Origin: an uncultured Alphaproteobacteria bacterium
Lineage (GTDB): Bacteria; Pseudomonadota; Alphaproteobacteria; HIMB59; GCA-002718135
Length of the DNA: 64,000 nt
Direction: 5' to 3'
Assembly: GCA_902614085.1 (NCBI GenBank)
Contig: CACMJS010000001.1
Coordinates: forward strand, 811,127-875,126
Shown in pieces: positions 59,765 to 64,000 of this stretch. The notes under the pieces were generated by a model. The model was not told the DNA's origin and ran no database searches. It saw nothing but the letters and a program-made list of their open reading frames with translations. The position numbers and the translations under genes were made by a program. The first letter of the stretch is position 1. Each line of letters starts with the position of its first letter.

Positions 59765-59978
59765 ATTTTATTTCTTCAAGATAATTAATAACTTCATTAA
59801 ATTTTTCATCAGGTATATCTTTATAGGTCATACCAAAATGATTTTTTACCTCTAATGCAACATGAGCATAAGGATTTCTACCCTTTGGATGATTAGGGTG
59901 ATCAGGTAATTTTCCTTTTAAAAAATCACCAGTTTCTTGAATTAATTTCCAAATTTTAGATGCGTTTTCTTTATTCAA
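59751..59978 (-). CDS. hypothetical 75-aa protein, possible ORF6C-like domain
   Basis: An open frame in an otherwise unoccupied stretch of about 210 nt. TTG start 1 nt after the pepC stop. The C-terminal half, PYAHVALEVKNHFGMTYKDIPDEKFNEVINYLEEI, resembles the phage ORF6C core (from memory, unverified). Confidence 0.55.
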   Translation of the reverse strand: MNKENASKIWKLIQETGDFLKGKLPDHPNHPKGRNPYAHVALEVKNHFGMTYKDIPDEKFNEVINYLEEIKSNPA

Positions 59979-59979
59979 C

Positions 59980-61302
59980 TTATCTAGCTAGAGCACCCAT
60001 TGGATCCCAAGGTGCTAGCGCTACTGGTTCCATATCTAAGTATTTTAAAAGTCTTTTGTTTAGATATTTTTTATCAATGACAACTTCATAGGTATATTCA
60101 TCAAACCATTCATCGGTCATCATCATATATCCTTGGTTACCACTTTTTGTTCCCCAGCTATTTTCAATTTTCCATTTAGTTGAATTTCTTTTTTTAATAT
60201 CGACTCCCGTTAAAAGCATAGCATGAGTCATTTCACTATCACCATACTCTAAACGAGTTTGTTTATTCATCTTAAATGAAGTTTGGAAGACATTTTCATA
60301 ATCGTAAATGCCCATATCAAGTACACCCATATCACGACTAAAACGTTTCCCAACATCACAACCAAACCATACAGCTTCGTTGTTTTTTATTGAGTCCATT
60401 GCAGATTTTTTTAATTCTTTAATATCTACATTTAAATATTTAATAATTTGTCCTTCAACAACGTTACCAAGATATTCAACTGTGTACATTGTATTAAATT
60501 TTTTATTGCTCATTGGAGCATGAATTAAGCAAACTTTATCTTTAATATTGATATCAGCATATTTTTTGCAGAAATCAATTGGTGTCATGTCTGAAATGAC
60601 AATATGTCTATTATCTTTATTTCTAGTAGACCAATTGATAACATCTGGTGGTTGACCAAGAAACATTGCTAGTAAATTATAAATTGTTTCCATCATGTCT
60701 TTTTTTAGGGCTGCAGAATTTTTAGCTGGTTTCTTTCTTAGTATAGAACCAAACTCTCTTAATTTGTGAGTCAAAATATAATTCATGGCTCCAGATTTAC
60801 TGCTATGATTTGTTTCAGGCATTACATCTTTTGGAACTGCACCGTACTTGTTAATTAAGTTTACAAACATATCCCACTGTCCACCATCTTGCACAGGTGC
60901 TTTTAAAAGATGAGTAATTAATCTGCTCTCATATGACTCATCTCTTGATTTGATAATATTCTCTAAAAAATAATTTGCTTTTTCTAGCTTATCCCAAAAC
61001 ATGAAATAATTTTGTGAGAACTCAAATGTATTTAGTTCAAGGCTATCAACAACTTGTAAACGCATGAGATTTAATCCTGCAAATCCCCAACATCTACCTG
61101 ATGCCATCTGGTTTGTTGCAGGTAGTTCTTTTTTTATTAGATTAGAAAAATTATGATTAATTTGACTAAAATTTTCCCAATTGAGTGCAACATTAGCTAA
61201 ATCATTTTTAATTAATGCATTTCGTGAAGCTGTATTTTTATTATTTCTTAAAAATTTATTTTTGAAAGTTTTTATTGTTGATAGAGATATATTTTTTGCC
61301 AT
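59980..61302 (-). CDS. pepC: aminopeptidase C / bleomycin hydrolase (peptidase family C1B)
   Basis: Catalytic Cys QMASGRCWGFAG, His THAMLLTG, Asn KIENSWG and the family-typical C-terminus WDPMGALA followed by one extra Arg; 440 aa. Confidence 0.9.
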   Translation of the reverse strand: MAKNISLSTIKTFKNKFLRNNKNTASRNALIKNDLANVALNWENFSQINHNFSNLIKKELPATNQMASGRCWGFAGLNLMRLQVVDSLELNTFEFSQNYFMFWDKLEKANYFLENIIKSRDESYESRLITHLLKAPVQDGGQWDMFVNLINKYGAVPKDVMPETNHSSKSGAMNYILTHKLREFGSILRKKPAKNSAALKKDMMETIYNLLAMFLGQPPDVINWSTRNKDNRHIVISDMTPIDFCKKYADINIKDKVCLIHAPMSNKKFNTMYTVEYLGNVVEGQIIKYLNVDIKELKKSAMDSIKNNEAVWFGCDVGKRFSRDMGVLDMGIYDYENVFQTSFKMNKQTRLEYGDSEMTHAMLLTGVDIKKRNSTKWKIENSWGTKSGNQGYMMMTDEWFDEYTYEVVIDKKYLNKRLLKYLDMEPVALAPWDPMGALAR

Positions 61303-61332
61303 ATTCTCTATTTAAAACTATTTCAGCTTAAT

Positions 61333-63858
61333 TCAATTCTTAACTGTTTTTTTCTTTTTTTTGAGACCCATTTTAGCTTTTCTTTCATCAATTAACCTAA
61401 TAGCATCTTCTAGTTTTAAGCTATCAATTGTTTGATCACCAAGAATTGATGCATTTATTTTTCCACATTTTACATATGGTCCAAATTTACCGTCATGAGC
61501 AGTAATATTTTTCTTTTCTGTTGGATGCTCACCAAATGTTTTTAACGTCGCATTCCCTCTCTGTGTAGGTTTAGCAATTAATTCAATGGCTCTTTCAAGT
61601 TCAATATCAAGAATGTTATCTGTTTTTTCGAGAGCTTTATATTTTTTATCATGCAAAATATATGGTCCATACATTCCAATACCGGCACTAACAGTTTTAT
61701 TTGTTTCCGGATGAAATCCTAATTTACGTGGTAAGCCAAGTAGTTGGATTGCTGTGTTTAATCCTATTTCATCTGGTTCAAAATTTTTTGGAATAGAAAC
61801 TCTTTTTGGTTTCTTTTCTTTTGTCCCTTCACCAACTTGCATATAAAATCCATAAGGACCTTTTCGAAGAGTAATCATTTCTCCTGTTTCAGGATAAATA
61901 CCAATTTCTTTTGGTCCGCTAAGAGCAGCGCCATCTTTATCGTTTAATTGATTAAACTGAACTGTATATTTGCAATCAGGATAATTAGAGCAGCCAATAA
62001 ATCCTCCAAACTTTCCAACTTTAATTCCTAATCTTCCATTATCACAGGTTGGACATTTCCTTTTTTCATCTGCTCCGTTTGGTGGAAAGAAATGCGGACC
62101 CAGTGCTTCATCTAACACATCAATGACTTCTCTGTTTGATTTGCCTACAGTTTCATCGCAAAGTTGTTTAAATGTTTCCCAAAATTTTCTCAGAACTTCT
62201 TTCCAATCAAGCTTACCATCAGAAATTTCATCAAGTTGATTTTCAAGATCAGCAGTAAAATCATATTCTACATATTGATTGAAATATTTCTCTAAAAATA
62301 TCGATACTATTCTTCCTCTGTCATGAGGATTAAAACGTTTTTTATCTAAAATTACATAATCTCTATCTTGTAGAACTTTAATAATAGAAGCATAAGTAGA
62401 TGGTCTGCCAATACCAAGTTCTTCAAGTTTTTTAACTAAGCTTGCTTCGGTGTAACGAGGAGGAGGTGAGGTAAAATGTTGTGTCTTTTCAACTTCTTTG
62501 AGATTTAAACTCTCTCCTTCACTCATGGCAGGAAGAATTGTCTCTTTTTCTTCATCTTTATCATCATCTTTAGCTTCTTGATAAACTTTGTACATTCCAG
62601 GAAACTTAATTGTTGATCCATTTGCTCGTAAAACAATTTTTTTATCTTCGTTTGTAATATCAACAGCTACTTGATCTAATACAGCACTTGCCATTTGTGA
62701 ACTTACCGCTCTTTGCCATATAATTTCATATAACTTGTATTCTTCTAAAGTAATGTATTGCTTAATATCTTTTGGTGTTAGATAAATATTTGTTGGTCTA
62801 ATGCATTCATGTGCTTCTTGGGCATTTTTAGCTTTAGATTTATAAACTCTTGGCACTTCTGGTAAATAGTTTGCACCATAATTATCAGTAACAAAACCTC
62901 GAACTTGGTTAATAGCTTCTTTTGACATGACGACACTATCTGTTCGCATATAAGTTATTAAGCCAGTTGTTTCTCCTTTAATGTCTGTTCCTTCATAAAG
63001 GCGTTGAGCTGTGCGCATTGTTTGACTCGCACTAAGACCAAGTTTACGACTAGATTCAATTTGCATTGTAGATGTAGTAAAAGCAGGGTAGGGATTTCTT
63101 CTAGCTTCTTTTTTCGTAATATTTCCAACAGTGAAAGTAGAATTTTTAATATCATTAAAAATTTTTGTTGCTTCACCCTCATTTTTAATATCAAGTTTAT
63201 CTACTTTATTCCCTTCATATACTGTAAGTCTGGAATTAATAATTTTATCTTCTTTATTTCTAAACTCGCCTTGTAAAGACCAATACTCCTGTGGAATAAA
63301 TTTTTCTATTTCAAGTTCTCTCTCACTAATTATTCTTAAGGCTACAGATTGAACTCTACCCGCTGATTTTGAGCCTGGTAACTTTCTCCATAGCACTGGA
63401 GAAAGTGTAAAACCAACAAGAAAATCTAACGCTCTTCTTGCAAGATAAGCATTTACTAAATTTTCATCTATTTCTCTTGGCTCTTTAAGACTATCAAGAA
63501 CTGCATTTTTTGTAATTTCATTAAATGTAACACGGTGAATATTTAATTTTGAAAGTGATGAATTATCTCTAAGTAGTTTTTCTACATGCCAAGCTATGGC
63601 TTCACCTTCACGGTCGGGGTCAGTGGCTAGATATAAATTTTCAGATTTTTTTGCTGCATCTGTTATTTCCTTTATCACTTTTTTTCCACGATCACTGGTT
63701 TCCCATTTCATTTGGAAATCATTTTCAGTATCTATCGCATCATTTTTTGCTGATAAATCTCGAACATGTCCCACACTTGCGAGAACTTTGAAGTCAGAGC
63801 CTAAATATTTATTAATAGACTTTGCCTTTGATGGTGATTCAACAATTAATACATTCAT
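61333..63858 (-). CDS. topA: DNA topoisomerase I
   Basis: TOPRIM N-terminus MNVLIVESPSKAK, active-site Tyr context LITYMRTDS and one intact C4 zinc ribbon (CPTCDNG...CSNYPDC). I prefer ATG 63858 over the track's TTG 63873. Confidence 0.97.
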   Translation of the reverse strand: MNVLIVESPSKAKSINKYLGSDFKVLASVGHVRDLSAKNDAIDTENDFQMKWETSDRGKKVIKEITDAAKKSENLYLATDPDREGEAIAWHVEKLLRDNSSLSKLNIHRVTFNEITKNAVLDSLKEPREIDENLVNAYLARRALDFLVGFTLSPVLWRKLPGSKSAGRVQSVALRIISERELEIEKFIPQEYWSLQGEFRNKEDKIINSRLTVYEGNKVDKLDIKNEGEATKIFNDIKNSTFTVGNITKKEARRNPYPAFTTSTMQIESSRKLGLSASQTMRTAQRLYEGTDIKGETTGLITYMRTDSVVMSKEAINQVRGFVTDNYGANYLPEVPRVYKSKAKNAQEAHECIRPTNIYLTPKDIKQYITLEEYKLYEIIWQRAVSSQMASAVLDQVAVDITNEDKKIVLRANGSTIKFPGMYKVYQEAKDDDKDEEKETILPAMSEGESLNLKEVEKTQHFTSPPPRYTEASLVKKLEELGIGRPSTYASIIKVLQDRDYVILDKKRFNPHDRGRIVSIFLEKYFNQYVEYDFTADLENQLDEISDGKLDWKEVLRKFWETFKQLCDETVGKSNREVIDVLDEALGPHFFPPNGADEKRKCPTCDNGRLGIKVGKFGGFIGCSNYPDCKYTVQFNQLNDKDGAALSGPKEIGIYPETGEMITLRKGPYGFYMQVGEGTKEKKPKRVSIPKNFEPDEIGLNTAIQLLGLPRKLGFHPETNKTVSAGIGMYGPYILHDKKYKALEKTDNILDIELERAIELIAKPTQRGNATLKTFGEHPTEKKNITAHDGKFGPYVKCGKINASILGDQTIDSLKLEDAIRLIDERKAKMGLKKKKKTVKN

Positions 63859-64000
63859 AAATTTTGGCCCCAAATTTCAGTTTAAAGATAATTCGTCAAG
63901 AAATTTTAAAAAAAAGTATATTTTTACTTGGATAATTTAATTTTACTTTCAGTTTTGTTTATGAGTCTTTTAATGTTTTCTGTGTGTTTAAGATAAATAA

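Noticed and set aside
63958-64000. A short minus-strand frame entering from the right edge (...LFILNTQKTLKDS stop). It could be the 3' end of the gene upstream of topA, which is dprA in many alphaproteobacteria.
   Set aside because: Only about 13 codons are visible, which is too short to support any call.
1-64000. A search by eye for tRNA, rRNA or tmRNA genes, CRISPR arrays, tandem repeats, IS elements, integrases, prophage blocks, defence genes or biosynthetic clusters.
   Set aside because: None was seen. No spacer is long enough to hold an RNA gene (the maximum internal spacer is 98 nt). Every long ORF except the 75-aa one has a housekeeping or transport assignment.

Overview
This is a visibly AT-rich window (about 30% GC by eye) with extreme gene density. 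I count 62 protein-coding genes and no rRNA, tRNA, CRISPR array, IS element or integrase. From the ORF coordinates, only about 0.6 kb of spacer lies between genes. The largest internal spacer is 98 nt, and many neighbours overlap by 1-50 nt.

Gene content and order match the conserved alphaproteobacterial backbone in compacted form:
- Plus strand: nuoJKLMN-birA-coaX-rnj-DUF1467-proS-lolE-lolD-dnaE, then rpsB-tsf-pyrH-frr-uppS-cdsA-dxr-bamA-skp-lpxD-fabZ-lpxA-lpxI-lpxB.
- Minus strand: gltA-gltX-lexA, then moaC-trpC-trpD-trpG-trpE-ppiD.
- Plus strand: tpiA-secG-pyrG-kdsA-eno-ftsB-pdhA-pdhB-pdhC-lipA.
- Minus strand cinA-pgpA-ispDF, facing plus-strand ntrY-ntrX-trkA.

Composition, synteny and compaction suggest a streamlined SAR11/Pelagibacterales-like genome. 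This is inference; no database search was possible.

Only 54.8-61.3 kb departs from textbook synteny. It holds a class IV aminotransferase, an IMPase-family protein, a beta-hydroxyacid dehydrogenase, an EamA transporter, msrB, an MFS transporter, an orphan 75-aa ORF and pepC.

I do not see a convincing novel multi-gene system: no defence island, biosynthetic cluster or mobile element. The observations most worth a second look are:
- the orphan 75-aa ORF fused behind pepC, which has a phage ORF6C-like signature;
- a perfect alpha-type SOS box 5 nt from the lexA start codon, heading a lexA-gltX-gltA string;
- a 50-nt dxr/bamA overlap where rseP normally sits;
- an NtrX with a degenerate AAA+ core;
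- a structured dnaE-rpsB spacer;
- all three convergent gene pairs overlapping at their 3' ends.

CDS coordinates follow the supplied ORF track except where a better start is argued. Hand-derived coordinates of small motifs may be off by 1-2 nt.
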